64,000 nt of DNA, taken from NCBI GenBank assembly GCA_028826165.1, contig JAPDFW010000053.1, forward strand, positions 1 through 64,000, read 5' to 3'. Positions 25,820-39,063 of this stretch are shown here, piece after piece (position 1 is the stretch's first letter; each line of letters begins with the position of its first letter). The position numbers and the translations under genes were made by a program. This DNA is from Anaeramoeba ignava BMAN. Its lineage: Eukaryota; Protista; Anaeramoebae. The notes beneath the pieces were generated by a model. The model did no database searches. It had not been told where the DNA came from and saw only the letters and a program-made list of their open reading frames with translations.

Positions 25820-26690
25820 TTAATTATTTAGATTATTTAGATTATTTTAATTATTTTAATTATTTTAATTATTTTAATTATTTTGATTATTTTAATTATT
25901 TAGATTATTTTAATTATTTTAATTATTTTAATTATTTTAATTATTTTAATTATTTTAATTATTTTGATTATTTTAATTATTTTAATTATTTTAATTATTT
26001 TAATTATTTTTAATTATTTTAATTATTTTAATTATTTTTAGATTATTTTGATTATTTTGATTATTTTGATTATTTTAATTATTTTAATTAATTTGATTAT
26101 TTTGATTATTTTATTATTTTAATTATTTTAATTATTTTAATTATTTTAATTATTTTGATTATTTTAATTATTTTAATTATTTTAATTATTTTGATTATTT
26201 TAATTATTTTAATTATTTTAATTATTTTGATTATTTTAATTATTTTAATTATTTTGATTATTTTGATTATTTTAATTATTTTAATTATTTTAATTATTTT
26301 GATTATTTTAATTATTTTAGATTATTTTAATTATTTTGATTATTTTTAATTATTTTAATTATTTTAATTATTTTGATTATTTTAATTATTTTGATTATTT
26401 TAATTATTTTAATTATTTTAATTATTTTAATTATTTTAATTATTTTTGATTATTTTTATTTAGATTATTTTAATTTATTTTTAATTATTTTGATTATTTT
26501 TGATTATTTTTAATTATTTTAATTATTTTAATTATTTTGATTATTTTAATTATTTTGATTATTTTGATTATTTTAATTATTTTAATTATTTTAATTATTT
26601 TAATTATTTTGATTATTTTGATTATTTTAATTATTTTAATTATTTTAATTATTTTGATTATTTTGATTATTTTGATTATTTTGATTATTT
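25820..26690. repeat. 9-bp tandem repeat (TTATTTT[A/G]A)n between convergent genes
   Basis: Direct inspection; about 870 bp. It produces the spurious IIL/FNY ORFs. Confidence 0.9.
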
Positions 26691-27559
26691 TTTCCTTTTA
26701 ATATCCCATGAACTTAATTCAGGATCATTTGGATCAAAAAATGGATCATATAAATTTTTCAAAGTGATTTGACCACAAATAATGCAATCTCTCATCACAA
26801 TCTTATTCAATTTAAACTGAAGATCGTCAATTGTTTGTTGAATTTGTTTTGGTGTAATTGAATCACTTGATTCATCAAGAATTTGAATTTTATCATCATT
26901 TTCATCATTTTCATCATTTTCATTTTGTTTTGAAGTTTCTTTCTTTTTGAGAATATCATTTAAATTCATTGTAATAATTTTATTTTGTTCGTTTGTATTT
27001 TGTTTTTGGATATTTTGAGGGTGTTTTTGGAAGTGTTTGAATTCTTTGAGTTTTTTTGTTTCTTGTTGAATTTTTGCTTCGAGTTCAACCATTAGTTTTT
27101 TTTCACCTTGACTTAAAAATTGTGATTTCATTGTTTCTATAAGACAACTATAATGGAAAACATGTCCACAAGGAAAAATCACAAAATTTTCTGATAAAAT
27201 TGGTTTTTCACACCAATCACATTGTTTGTTTGCTTCAATTTCAATATATCTTTCTCTTAATGAACTTAAATCTCGCTTTATATTTTCTGCATTTCTTGTG
27301 ATATGTCGAATTTCTTCTTGATAAACTTTCTCTTGTGATTGATAATCCTCAATTGCTGTTTGAATCGGTGCACGAAATCCATCAATTTTTGCATCTGTGG
27401 GGAAAATAATCGAGAATATCCTCCAATCCAAGTTTAATTTCATTTGAATGAAATTGAGCAATGTTCATTAATTCAATTATTTGAGTAATTGAATCTTTTG
27501 AATCATTTTGAGTTTCAATATTTTCAATATTTTCATTATTATTATTATTATTATCATTA

Positions 27560-27590
<31 letters not shown>

Positions 27591-30500
27591 CATTGTTATC
27601 ATTATTATTATTATTATCATTTTCATCATTTTCATCATTTTCATCATTTTCATTCTTCTTCTTTTTCTCTTCTTTCTCTTCTTTCTCTTTTTTCTCTTTT
27701 TGATATATAAATTCTGCAATTTTGATCCAAAGTTCCTTTCTTAATTTATCATCATGAGGTTTATTTGCATATTTTTCAGCACAATCAATACTAACTTTTA
27801 AAGCCATATCAACAGCCTTTGAAAAAAGATCCATTTTGCTGTAAATAAATGCGCAAGCCTCAATTTTTTGGTGATTTTTACACAATCTAAGCGCATATTT
27901 ATTATCATATTTGGCTTTTGGATGCTCTACATATGTAAGTAATCTTGAATCATTACCCAACTCCAAAAACAAAACTAACAAATAATTGTGGATCACTTTG
28001 TCATCCACTTGATAAAAATGCACGCATCTTTCCAAATACTTAATTGCGTGCGGAAGAGCTTCTTTTGGATTTTTACAGAATTTATATCTCATAATTGCTG
28101 GTAAAAGTTTGACATGATCCATTTTTTCTTCCCTTGAAGTTAAATTTTCAACAAATTCTTCGGGAATATGTTGCATTAAAATTGGTGCGTATTTGTAAAG
28201 AAGATAGTTGTCTTTTTCTGGTAATCGGGTAACAAATTCAAGTGTTTCTTCAAATTGTGAATTTTCAATATAATAATAAATAATTCTTTCATATTCTCCA
28301 ATAAGTCTTGTGAAATGAATCAATTCTTCAACTAATCCATGCGATGCAATCAAATCAAAAGTTGTTTTTCTATTCAATGTTTGATAATTTTGTGAAATGA
28401 ATGTACGAAATTTTTCGCATTGAATCTCTTTTTTGAGTTACTTCTCCCGATATTTTTTTTTGTTTTTTTTCACTTTCAATTTCTCCATTCAATTCGGAAA
28501 TTCTTTGAAGATAAAGAGAAATTAGCCAAGTTGAGATCATTAATTTTTGCATTTTAAATTCAATTCTTAGATTTGTAAAGAAGTATTCTAAATATGCAAT
28601 AAGTGGTTCTTTTTCTGATAATCTGAGGAATTTCAATGCAATTGTTTCAAATGGAGCTGTTGTTTTTGCATAAACTTCAGCTGCTTTTAAATATTCTTTT
28701 TGAGCAAAAAGAAATTTTGCTTGTTCTCTATAAACTTGGTCTTTTTGGGATTGTTTCTAATATTATTTTTAATTTAAATATTATTTTTAATTTAAATATT
28801 ATTTTTAATTTAAATATTATTTTTAATTTAAATATTTACAAATATTTACATCACAATATTTTAAAGCATTTTCAAACTCGTTTTTTTGTAAATAAACACT
28901 CCAAACTCTTCGATATTCTGAATTAATTGTAATTTTCTGAATCTTATTTTTAAAATAAACCCAAATCTCATTTGTTTCTGGATCACGAGTTAATCCATAA
29001 ATTTCACCATAACTTTCCTAAAATAATAAAAATAATAAAAATAATAATAAAAATAATAAATTTTCCAATTTAAATCATTTTAAAAATTATTTTAATTGTC
29101 AAAATTTACTGGAAAAATATCTTCAAGTATTACATCATCAAGTCGAGAAACATATAAAATTGTATGTTCATAAGCAAGTAAAAAATGAAATTCTGTTAAA
29201 ATAACGGAAATTGGAAAATGTTTATCTTCAAAAATCTCGTTATCTTTTGAATAATCAATTGATTGAAGACTAAATAACTAAATTATGTTTTTTTTTTGAC
29301 AAAATCATAATTTCCATTTAAATTCAATTAAATCAATCATTCAAATTTTTTGATTTACATTTTTATCTGTGTCAGGTTCTTTAAAATCCTCATTACGCAT
29401 GAAAAAAAATGCGGTCTTATCAAAAACAAAAATGAGTGATTGAATTCCACTTTCTGATTTTATTGGTTTGAATATTGATAGTAATGATTTTTGTGATGGA
29501 TAAGTAATTAATCCTGATGTTTGACTTCGACCTTTATAATCGTCAAATATCCTTTCAAATGATCCTTTTCCCAGAAAAATATATAATGTATCTACTGTTG
29601 ATGCTAATACATATGTTTGTCCTTCTGGTAATTTTTCTGAATATAGATTTAGTATTGCTTCTGGATTTTGTTGATCTGGATTTTTTCCTGAGCGTGCAAG
29701 TTGGAATAAATCCTTAATTTTTTAAATTTTTTGAATTAAATTTTTTAAATTAAATTTTTTAAATTAAATTTTTTAAATTAAATTTTTTAAATTGAATTTT
29801 TTAAATTGAATTTTTTGAATTGAATTTTTTAAATTAAATTTTTTAAATTGAATTTTTTAAATTAAATTTTTTACAGTTTTTTGTAATTTTTTATCAATTG
29901 TTAATTGACAAATTGTTCCGTTTCTTGTTCCTAATAATGCTAAACTTGTAATTTCTTCTGTTTTACACCAAGCAACTGATTCAATTTCGATTGGTGGATT
30001 CTTAAATTAAATTGAATTGAATTTAATTTTGAATTTAATTTTGAATTTGAATTGAATTTAATTTAATTTTAAATTTGAATTGAATTTAATTTTGAATTGA
30101 ATTTAATTTTGAATTGAATTTAAATTAATTTTGAATTGAATTGAATTTAAATTAAATTGAATTAAATTGAATTAAATTTAATTTTGAATTTAATTTTGAA
30201 TTGAGTTGAATTTAATTTTGAATTGAATTTAATTTTGAATTAAATTTAATTTTGAATTGAATTTAATTTAATTATGAATTGAATTTTAAATTTGAATTGA
30301 ATTTTGAATTGAATTTTGAATTTAATTTTGAATTGAATTTAATTTTGAATTGAATTGAATTTTGAATTTAAATTTGAATTGAATTTTGAATTTAATTTTG
30401 AATTGAATTTAATTTTGAATTGAATTTAATTTTGAATTGAATTTAATTTAATTTTGAATTTAATTTAATTTTGAATTGAATTGAATTTAATTTTGAATTG

Positions 30501-31447
30501 AATTGAATTTAATTTTGAATTGAATTGAATTTAATTATGAATTGAATTTAATTTTGAATTGAATTTAATTATGAATTGAATTTAATTATTTATTTACAAT
30601 TTTTATAAGTTTTCTTTTCTTTGCGGGAATATTGCAATGATAATTAACTGCTTTTTCACAACAAACAATTAAATCAACACCTGAAGGACTTAAAAACATT
30701 GTTCTTATTTGAGGAAAAGTTGGATTTTTTGCAAGAGCTTTTATTAATTTTAATTTGAATTTGAATTTTAATTTTAATTTTAATTTTAATTTTAATTTTA
30801 ATTTTAATTTTAATTTTAATTTTAATTTTAATTTTAATTTTAATTTTAAATTTTAATTTTGGTTTTGATTTTGATTTTAATTTTAAAATGAATTTTAATT
30901 TTATAAATGAATTTTAATTTTATAAATGAATTTTAATTTTGATTTTAATTTTGATTATAATTTTAATTTTAATTTTAATTTTAATTTTAATTTTAATTTT
31001 AATTTTAATTTTAATTTTTATTTTAATTTTAATTTTAATTTTAATTTTAATTTTGATTATAAATTGATTTTTTATAAATTTTGCTCACTTTCTCTTTCTT
31101 TATTTTTTTGATAGAAAAAAATTCTTGTTGAAAAAGCAATAACAATAATTCCTTTTGCAACTCTAACACATCGAATATGATCCTCTTCAGGTAAATTAAA
31201 TCCTGAATCAGTTATTGAAGTAAAAGGAAGATCTTCTTCTTCTCCTTCATCTTCTAATGCAGTTTGAATGCTAATTAATTCCTTTTTTTTCATTCAAAAT
31301 TTTTATTTTAAATTTAATTTTTTTTTAAATTTAATTTTTAATTTTTTTTTTTTAAATTTAATTTACATTCGTTTCTTTTTTAAATAAATTTGGATCTTGG
31401 AAATCAGGAGAAAGAGTTTTTTCAAAAGCTTGGAAAAAATCTGTCAT
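26685..31447 (-). CDS. VPS18: Vacuolar protein sorting 18 (Pep3; HOPS/CORVET core), multi-exon
   Basis: First exon MTDFFQAFEK.. (ATG 31447); Pep3-like N-terminus (TEFHFLLAY); solenoid motifs (IHNYLL, YALRLC, AVDMAL, RKELWIKIA, LEDILDYF); split RING CDWC..PCGHVFHYSC..DCIICG; ends ..SSWDI. Confidence 0.9.
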
Positions 31448-31451
31448 TTTA

Positions 31452-31510
31452 AATTGAAAAATGAAAAATGAAAAATGAAAAATGAAAAATGAAAAATTAA
31501 AAATGAAAAT
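31452..31510 (-). promoter_or_regulatory. Tandem TTTTTCA (initiator-like TCATTT) array just upstream of the VPS18 ATG
   Basis: The minus strand reads (TTTTTCA)n..TTTTTCAATTTAAAATG within the 86-bp intergenic gap; the same motif precedes most ATGs in the window. Confidence 0.55.
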
Positions 31511-31533
31511 TAAATTTTTTCCCTTTTTTCATT

Positions 31534-34228
31534 TTATTTATTATTTTCAAGTTTTTGATTAAAAAAAGTTTCATAATATTGTTTAAAATATTGTTTGTAA
31601 TATTGTTTGTAATAATTTTTATAATACTGCTTATAATATTGCTTATAATACTGCTTAATATTTTCAAATTGATTTTCAAATTGATTTTGGAATTGATTTT
31701 GATTTTCAAATTGATTTTGGAATTGATTTTGATTTATATTTTCAAATTGATTTTGGAATTGATTTTGATTTTCAAATTGATTTTGATTTTGGAATTGATT
31801 TATATTTTCAAATTGATTTTGATTTTCAAATTGATTTTTATTTTCAAATTGATTTTGATTTTCAAATTGATTTTGATTTCCAAATTGATTTATATTTTCA
31901 AATTGATTTTGATTTTCAAATTGATTTTGATTTTCAAATTGATTTTGATTTTGGTTTTCAAATTGATTTTGATTTTCAAATTGATTTTGATTTTCAAATT
32001 GATTTTGATTTTCAAATTGATTTTGATTTCCAAATTGATTTATATTTTCAAATTGATTTTCAAATTGATTTTGATTTTCAAATTGATTTTGATTTTCAAA
32101 TTGATTTATATTTTCAAATTGATTTTGATTTTCAAATTGATTTTGGAATTGATTTTGGTTTTCAAATTGATTTTGATTTTCAAATTGATTTTCAAATTGA
32201 TTTTGATTTTCAAATTGATTTTGATTTATATTTTCAAATTGATTTATATTTTCAAATTGATTTTGATTTTCAAATTGATTTTGATTTTGAAATTGATTTT
32301 GATTTTGATTTTGATTTTGATTTTGATTTTGATTTTCAAGAAACATTTTCCTTTCTAATTCGAATTTATTTACAATTTCAAATTGATTTTTAACTTGTTC
32401 AATTAAAAAATTATCAGGAATTTCTTGTGAATCATAAATTTGTTGAGGATCACAATTTATTTTTTTCATAATTAGAAGAAAACTATTTAATAATTTAGGA
32501 GAAACCAAAGTAATTGCAATTCCAAAAGAACCTAAATTAAATAATAAATATTAAATATTAAATATTAAATATTAAATATTAATTAAATATTAAATATTAA
32601 ATATTAAATAAATATTAAATAAATAATAAATATTAAATATTAAATATTAAATAAATAATAAATATTAAATATTAAATATTAAATATTAAATATTAAATTA
32701 AATATTAAATAAATAGTACCAAATCTTCCTGATCTACCAACTCTATGCAAATAAACTTTTTCATCTAAAGGAATATCATAATTAATTACAAGATTAATCT
32801 TATCAACATCAACACCACGAGCAATTAAATCAGTTGAAACAATTACACGAATAGAAAAATCACGAAGTTTTGAAATAGCTTTTTCTCTTAAATCTTGAGA
32901 TTGTTGACCTGAAATTAATGATGAACTCCAACCATTTCTATTCAAAGAATTATAAATATTCATTGCTCTTCCTGAATTATTTACAAAAACAACAGCTTGA
33001 TTAAAAGAAACTGAATCCAAAATATCAAGAAGAATTTCTGTTCTTTTTTGATCTTCTTTTGAAGAGAAAATATCTTCTTTTACTTTTTTTTTGGAATTTT
33101 TAGAAAGTAAATCAAATTGTTCCGAATTCAATTTGAACTGGTCAATATTTATAAAAAATTGTTGAACTCCTTTCAAAGATAAAGCATCAGAATCTAAACG
33201 AATTTTTTGGGGTTCTCTCATGAAATTAGTAACAGAATTAAGTACAAAATCATTAAATGTTGCTGAGAAAACCATAACTTGTTTTTTTTCAGGAAGAAAT
33301 GAAATGATTGAATTGATTGAAACTCTTAAAGATGGATCTTCAATTAATTTATCAGCTTCATCAAGTATAAAAAGTTGAATTGAATCTAAATTTAGTATTT
33401 TCATTTTAATTAAATGTTCTAATCTTCCAGGTGTTCCTGAAATTATATGAGGAGGGTTTCTTAATTTTTCTTTATCTTGAGAAATATCATATCCTCCAAC
33501 AAATGAAGCAATCTAATCAATTAAATTAAATTAAATTAAATTAAATTAAAATAAAATTAAAATATTAAATTAAATTAAAATAATCAATTAAATCAAAATA
33601 TTAAATTAAATTATTAAATTAAATTAAATTAAAATATTAAATTAAATTAAATTATTAAATTAAAATCGGATAAATAATTTATAAATAAAATATTAAATTA
33701 AATAAAATTATATACTCGAAAAATTAAATCAAAATTTAAATCCATTAAATTAATAAACAGCTTCAATTTGTAAATCTTCAAAATATTGTTGGTGAAATTA
33801 TTAAAAACAAAAGTTTTATTTTGAATTTAAATTAGATTAATTTTAGATAATAATTCAAAATTAAAAATAAAATAAAACTGATAAATAACAAGTTTTTCCA
33901 GTTCCAGATTTTGATTGAGCAATTAAATCTAAATTTAAAACAAAAGTTTTATTTTGAATTTCTAGATTAAAATTTAAGTTAAATTTTTTAAGTTAAATTT
34001 TTTAAGTTAAATTTTTTAAGTTAAATTTTTTAAGTTAAATTTTTTAAGTTAAATTTTTCTTGTTTAAAAAATACCAAATCCCATTCTTCCAATAGGAATT
34101 GCTTTTAATTGAATTGGTGATGTTTTTTCATAGCCTGATTCTTTTAATGCTTGAAGAATAAATGGAGATAATAATAATTCATCAAAAGTAACTGCATCAT
34201 TAAAAATAACATCAGAAGTTCTTTTCAT
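31534..34228 (-). CDS. DDX20: DEAD-box RNA helicase DDX20/Gemin3-like
   Basis: N-terminus RTSDV..FDELLLS..SPIQLKAIPIGRMGF|DLIAQSKSGTGKT is typical of DDX20. DEAD, SAT, ARGVD and HRVGRSGRFG motifs are present, followed by a QFEN-repeat and Tyr-rich tail. The segment near 33720-33890 is garbled. Confidence 0.8.
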
Positions 34229-34319
34229 TTTTATTTTATTAATTTAAATTGAAATGAAAAAATGAAAAAATGAAAAAATGAATTTTAATTTTTAAATTTG
34301 ATTAAATTGAATTTTAATT

Positions 34320-37300
34320 TCATTTTATATTTAAATCTCTTTCTAATTTCTCTCGAAATTCTTTCATAACTAATGAAGATTGAAATTGACAAAAAACTTC
34401 TTCTTTCTGATCCAAAATTAATTTTAAAAGAGGTTTTGTTGGAGAAAATACAAAATCAATTTTTTCATAAGAAAAAACAATTTCTTCAATTGAAGTTGAA
34501 ATAATCAAACAATTTAAATCACTTGAAATGAAAATTTTATTTGAAATTTTAATTGGAATTGATGATTGCAAAATTTTGACCAAATGGAAATTATTTCGAA
34601 CTTGATTAAAATGATCAACAAACCGAATCAAATCTTGTCGCTCGAGAAATTGAAACGAAATCCTTGTTTTATCATCGCGAATTATGACAATTTTTTCTTT
34701 TTGAACAATAAATAGAAACGGATTTAAAATTCGGAACGTTTTCACAATTTTACTTCCTACTTTGCAATTAATTACATTCTGCGCATCGCAAACGACTATT
34801 CCACAAATCTTGTAATTCTTTGTAATGAAATTTGTGCTGAATACTTTGTTGTGAGGATTTGTTTCTTGATCATTTCCGTTTTTCTCGTTTTCCAATTCGT
34901 TTTCTTGATTTTTTGCCATTGTTTCTAAATCTTCCATTTCTTGTTCCTTTTCAAGTTCATCGGGATCTAAATCTGGCTCGTTTTCATCTTCCTCGATATT
35001 TAACACTTCGTTTATCGAATGATTTTGAACGAATTTTTCGATTTTGCTTTTATCTTCATTCGATTCACTAAAAAAATTCTCTTCAGTTTCTTGGTCATTT
35101 TTGTATTGATTTCCTGAATCATAAACAAAGTTTTTGAGTCGGTAAATCTCCGCGAAATGTTGAATGAACATGTGTTTGTGGGATTTTCGATTAAAAAGTA
35201 AAATAAATTCACGCGCAAAATTTGGCTTTTTTAGGCGAAGTTTTAATATTTTTGGATTTTTTAAATGGTCGAAAAAAAGTTCATTTCCAGAATAGAAAAA
35301 TTCGAAATAGGAATTGGGGAACTGATGATATGATATTGTGCCGAAGGATTCCTGTAGTTCAATTATTGCTTGATATTTTTGCGAAAGAGATATATTTGAA
35401 AAAATCTCGACTGAAAAAGATCCTGGAAATTTCAGTTTTTGTGTCTGTTCGTTGTTTTGGGCGATTGGAAGAAGAAAAGCCTTGAATTGTGTGGAGAACT
35501 CGTTAAACAATTCCAAATAGAGATTTGTTTTCTGGTTCTTCTTGTCGATAATTCTTTGGATTATTGTTCTTTTTTGGCGTGAATTCTGGCATTTTATATT
35601 GATTTCATGTTGGTAATTTTCTGAAAAAAACTTGAGCATAAAAGAGTCATTTTCATAAAAAGGAACTATGACTTCGAGCGCCTGATAGATGATCTTTCTT
35701 TGTTGCCGATGAAATTGGTAATGAATGTATGTTGGCTCTAGTTTTAGATTCATGGGTAAAATGATCTGGTTTTGAGAGACAAACAAAACCTCAAAATTAT
35801 CAAATTGCAATTTTTTTTGGACATTTTGGAGTATTTTAATAAACATTTGTTTTTCCTGAGAATCGCTGAATGCAAAATAATGGGTCTGACCTGAGTTGAG
35901 TAGCTCGAGAAAAGAAGGGTTTTGATCTGAAAAATTAGAATTTAAAACGAAGTTTTTATTGAGTTCAATTATTCTTTTGTGTTGTGTATCCGAATCAAGA
36001 ATGCCGATAATTGAGCCGACAAGAATAACATGAAGTATTGTGTCGAGTACTGCGATTTTTTCAGGATCAAAGGGATGAATTTGGAACAATTTGATGGGAA
36101 GATAAGGATCGGGAATTTGTTGAAACAAAAAGTAATTCAAGTTATTTTTAAAATTTTGAGGAAGTTTCAATTGAATTGTAAAATCAACAATATCATTGAG
36201 ATTTGCATTTTGCAGTTGATGAATAGGATTTGAGGATGAGAAATGCTTCTTTAATTTATGGAACTTCTTGAGAAATAATCTGCGTTCAAATTCTGAGTCA
36301 AATTGAAGAAATATTTTTTCGTTATCGTGAGTAAAGTAAATTTCGATATTTCGGTTGAACTCAATCAATGGATTGATTTGCGAGATGAAGAAGTCGCGCT
36401 CTCGGTTTTCCTGGCTCAGAAGGATCGAGATTGTGCGTTGCAAAGGGTTGATTTTCAATATCCCTTTGACACTGGTTGTTTGATATTGAAGTGTGATTTG
36501 AACCGGGAAAAAATCTTCATTTTTCATGATATGCGGATAGTTCTCCATCATCTGATGCGCGTTATATTTGGAGTCAAATATTTTCAGAGCGCGAATGAAC
36601 TGATGCTTGGTTTTCCAATTCAGAAATGTGAATTGTATTTCTGTTTGGATTCCCATGTTTGAGAACTTGATCTTGATTTTGCTATCTGTGTACTCATTTT
36701 CTAATTCTTCGCGGTTGAATAAATAGTATCTTGAAAATATCCCGTTATTATTCAAAACAAGAAGAAAGTCCTCGTTCAGGATTATTGTTTGTTTCCCGAT
36801 GTTTGACCCGTCTTGTGTGAGCGTTGCTGCGAATTTGTTTGATGTCTTGCGGATTCTTGAAATGAATGTATTTTGACATGAAGAAAATAAACGGAAATTT
36901 GTTTGATTTTGCTTGAGAATTTCGCGAATTTCGTCCACTTGAATTTTACTTGCAAAAATGAGGATAATGAAAAAATCATGCGACAATTTGACAAATAAAT
37001 ATTGCTCATTTTTGGAATGAACTTTGAACTTCATTGAGCGTAAATATTGGAAGTTGTAAATTCTTTTTGTTGATTTTTGCGATTGTTTTTTTGAATTGGG
37101 CTCTTGCGGCGGTAAATCAATGATGATTGAGAAAATATCGGGAGAAATGATGATTGAACAGGGTTTTATTTTTCCCTCGTTTGTTTGAATGGAGCATTTT
37201 GCAATTTTGTTGTGTTTTTTATGCGAGAACCATTGCTTAAGAAAAGGTGAAGCATGTTTTCTTTTGTTCTCAAATTGCAAGACAAAAGAAAGCGATTCTG

Positions 37301-38770
37301 CTCGTTTTCAAAGCGTAGGTTTACATAATAAAACTCATCAAATTGGAACCTAATATTGGTATCGCCAGGAAAACATGATTCAATATGAGAATAAACGGAA
37401 TATCTCCGTTTGAGAATGAATTCTGTGCTGAAAACAATCTCGAAATGATCTGAATCCAAAACAATTTGTATTTTTGGCTCAATTTGCTCTCCAAAAGAAT
37501 CGATTATTTTGGGATAAAAAGAGCATGAATCTGAACTTGTGCATTCCATTTTGTAATTGAATGAAAGAGGCAAGAAACTCAAGTTTTCTTGACTGTTGTT
37601 TTGCTCCTTATCATAGTCGTATTTACTTGTGTATTTTTGATCTGTTGATACTCCTTTTCGCAAGTAAGATTGCTGATTTAATGCCTTTGTGATTGTCGGC
37701 AAATCTGAATGTGTTGAACTTTTCACAAACAAAAGATCGTTTTCATTGATTTTTTCATTGTGGGTCTGAATTAATTTCTGGATGATTTCCGAGCGTGAGA
37801 ATAACAAATACAGATTCACTAAAATATCTCTTTGTCTCGGATTTTTCATTTCAATCAAAAAAGCATTTTTGGAATTAATTGTAATAAAAACTTCGTTTAG
37901 TTTTGTTTGGCTCAAAAAGAAGTGAGTATCCTTTTCATATGAAAATTCCTTGACTTGATTTTTTCCTTTTTTGCTTTTGATATTCATAGTAAATCCTTTA
38001 TTTGAAATGAAAATAATGCCTTTCTTTTTGTTAAATGTGTGATTTCGTGAAAAAAGTATTTTGATTGGAAGTTTTTGTTGTTTCACTAATAAAGCTTCAT
38101 AAATTTTTGATTGCAGATGAATTTTATGAGAAATGTTTGATTCGTGAAGAATCTCTGATTTGAGAATGCAATCGCTTAATTTTGCAAAAGAATATTCTAA
38201 TGTTTGAATATTTTTTGCATTTCCTTGTTCGTCAAATTGGGTATAAGTGAATATTTTCTGGAAATCACTTTTTGATATTTGATTTATTGAAGAATTTTCT
38301 TGTTTTTCTTGTTTTTCTGTGTTTTCTGAAGTTTGTTGTGAATTTGATAAAGAATTTGGTTTTAATTTCCTAAAATCCAATTTTTTATTTCTTGAAATTT
38401 CTCGAATTTTATTTATAATTTTAACAAAATGTGTATTTTTTTCAACACTTTGAATTTTTTGAGTATCAATTAAAAATTCTTCTTCAACTCCAAATTTAGA
38501 ACAAATTTTATTAACGATTATAATTAAATTTTCAAGTGAATTTCTTTTTTTTTTTAAATTAAAATTTTTTATATAATTTAATTTTAAATTTTAAATTTTA
38601 ATTTTAATTTAATTTACTCATTAATTTCATTTTGAGAAATTGAATTTGGAATAATTTTATTCATTGCTAAACATAAATTCTTAATTAATTTTAAAGGACT
38701 TTTGTTGAGGAGAAACAAGTTTTTTGGTTAAATTACTTATCCATTCAAAAGAAGAATCTTGATTAATCAT
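34320..38770 (-). CDS. Large uncharacterised protein: N-terminal calponin-homology-like segment followed by tandem PH-like modules (frameshift near 37270)
   Basis: ORFs 37166-38380 and 34320-37280 are contiguous via one indel. Upstream exons from ATG 38770 give WISN..AMNKIIPNSI..ICSKFGVEEEFL (CH-like). Recurrent 'LxF..xxR..F' helix endings resemble PH folds. The domain calls are tentative. Confidence 0.55.
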
Positions 38771-39063
38771 AATTAAAAAATTTAAATGAAAAAAAAATGA
38801 AAAAAATGAAAAAAAATTTTATTTTTGGATTTTGTTTATTTTTTCTTTTTTAAATATTTAATAAGATTAAATTTAATAAAATTTGTTATACCTTTTTTAT
38901 TTGATTTATTAGGGAAAGAAAATGAAAAATGAAAATCAAAAATGAAAATCAAAAATGAAAATTGAAAATGAAAATGAAAATTAAAAAAAAAGGTAAAGTT
39001 GCAAGGAAAAGAAAAATTGAAAAAAAAGAAGAAGAAGAAGAAAAGAGAGAAAAAAAATTTTTA

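Noticed and set aside
26760-27225. Long insertion splitting the Vps18 RING
   Set aside because: A spacer before the last CxxC pair is normal for Vps18; here it is only lengthened by low-complexity sequence.
33720-33890. DDX20 as a pseudogene because motif Ia (PTRE) is unreadable
   Set aside because: All other motifs are intact and the damage is local, next to repeat-filled introns. Probably poor consensus; it cannot be settled without reads.
6034-34228. Inteins in the AAA+ or helicase genes
   Set aside because: No Hint-like C/S...HN boundaries or LAGLIDADG/HNH insert were seen; the insertions in the AAA region are QN tracts or a 71-bp spliceosomal intron.
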